Source of the DNA: Octopus sinensis | Taxonomy: Eukaryota | Direction: 5' to 3' | NCBI RefSeq assembly: GCF_006345805.1 | Contig: NW_021834649.1 | Location: 1-48,133, forward strand | DNA: 48,133 bases | Shown here: piece by piece, positions 47,040 to 48,133 of the stretch | Position numbering within the stretch: the first letter of the stretch is position 1 | Layout of the letters: every line of letters starts with the position of its first letter | Made by a program: the position numbers and the translations under genes | The notes under the pieces: generated by a model | Databases searched by the model: none | Told to the model about the DNA's origin: nothing | The model's input: only the letters and a program-made list of their open reading frames with translations

Positions 47040-48133
47040 AAACAAGTCAAAATAGAAAATGCTAAAATAATTTTATAGTGAACATTTCAGTACCGGTTTC
47101 GGTCATTTTGAGACCATTTCAACTGTAATGATTAAATAATAAATTAGAAAAAATTAGAAGAAAAGTTTTTTAAAGGAATATTCTATAGTAGTGTTCAGAT
47201 ATAAGTGGCATTCTGCCTTTCTCTGACTCCCTTGTTTGCACTTGTGTGTTCGAGGTCGTTGTGAATTCTTGATAGGGTAGAAGAAGAAGGCTGATGAGGA
47301 GAGGGGGTGTGGGAAAATCTGGGAGTGCCCTGATGGTCGTATTTTGAATGGTCAGTGGCGGCTAGCAGTCGCAGTTCAATTCAGGAGAATATTTCTATTG
47401 AAAGGCTTGTTTATGGAATTTGCGTAGGTGTTATACTAAAAAGCATTAGTGACAAAGTTAAGAGGTAGAAGGTGAAGTAGAAGAAGAAGAAGAAGAAGAA
47501 GAAGAAGAAGAAGAAGAAGATGACGATGTTGATGATGATGATGATGAAGAAGAAGAAGAAGGAGAAGGAGAAGATGATGATGATGATGATGGTGGTGATG
47601 ATGATGACGACGATGATGATGATAATGATGATGATGAAGAAGAAGAGGAAGAAGAAGAAAAAAACAGAGAAGGGAGAATATGAATGGGTGAAAAGTAGTG
47701 AGGGTTGTATGACTTGAAGTTGGCATGTTATGGATTTAGTAATGGATTCTTTGGAATGTAATATTGTGTGTGTATATTTCTTTTATTCTAAAGTTGAGGT
47801 ATATTAATTGTTTGTCGTAGACCCGTAAGAAGTGGCCTGTATTTGTAATAAAGAGAGTTTCTTTACTTATTCGTTGTCTCGAGGTTGTATCGCCTAAATG
47901 GTAGAGGGGAAAATCCTGAAGCTTGTGTTTTTTTGTTGGCGCAAGTATCTATGTGTTGGCTAAAAGCTATTTTTCTGTTTTGGGGAATTTTTATCTGGGA
48001 TCTGTGCAGGGCCATTCGTTTACGCAAACTATTTTTTGTTTGGCCTAGTACTGCTCTTGACACCCGGAGCAGGTTAGTGAGTATATTAGGTTCTCCAAAG
48101 CACATGTGAAGTTGCTTTTCACTGTAAGCCGTT
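47037..48133 (-). mobile_element. Penelope-like element 3' end (GIY-YIG remnant + terminal repeat with hammerhead motif)
   Basis: Minus strand FTC..ENLIYSLTCSGCQEQY / GQTKNSLRKRMALHRSQ (frameshifted, 47900-48120); hammerhead-like motif at 47088-47125; ends at (TA)n. Assignment of the intervening sequence is inferred. Confidence 0.75.

Noticed and set aside
47436-47726. Poly-His/Leu/Met/Lys ORFs
   Set aside because: (GAA)n/(GAT)n microsatellite translation.

Overview
Eukaryotic, repeat-saturated genomic DNA. The SINE types, microsatellite density and transposon mix look like an octopod cephalopod; this is my recollection, not a database result. There are two head-to-head host genes. On the minus strand is the first coding exon of a divergent Rho-family GTPase (6145-6283, RhoU/V-like), with the rest of the gene off-window to the left. 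On the plus strand is a complete 4-exon DRC10/IQCD gene (17191-18411, 20170-20403, 31349-31420, 36594-36881; 604 aa). Directly upstream of DRC10, and overlapping its ATG, is a 1,900-codon reading frame with no methionine, built on a 5-nt/15-nt periodicity. DRC10 intron 2 holds two adjacent nests of retroelements inside microsatellites. One is an R4/Dong-like fragment plus two copies of an unknown 555-bp element in (TAA)n. The other is three Tx1/L1-clade copies in (TATC)n. The longest Tx1 copy has an apparent 44-nt GT-AG intron whose removal would fuse ORF1 in frame to ORF2. Also present are tandem SINE arrays next to splice donors, tandem Helitrons, several long near-perfect hairpins (MITE-like), RTE fragments, a Tc1 relic, and Penelope-like ends with minimal hammerhead ribozyme motifs. 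I found no CRISPR array, rRNA or genuine tRNA genes. Coordinates were counted by hand; repeat boundaries are approximate (a few bp to tens of bp).
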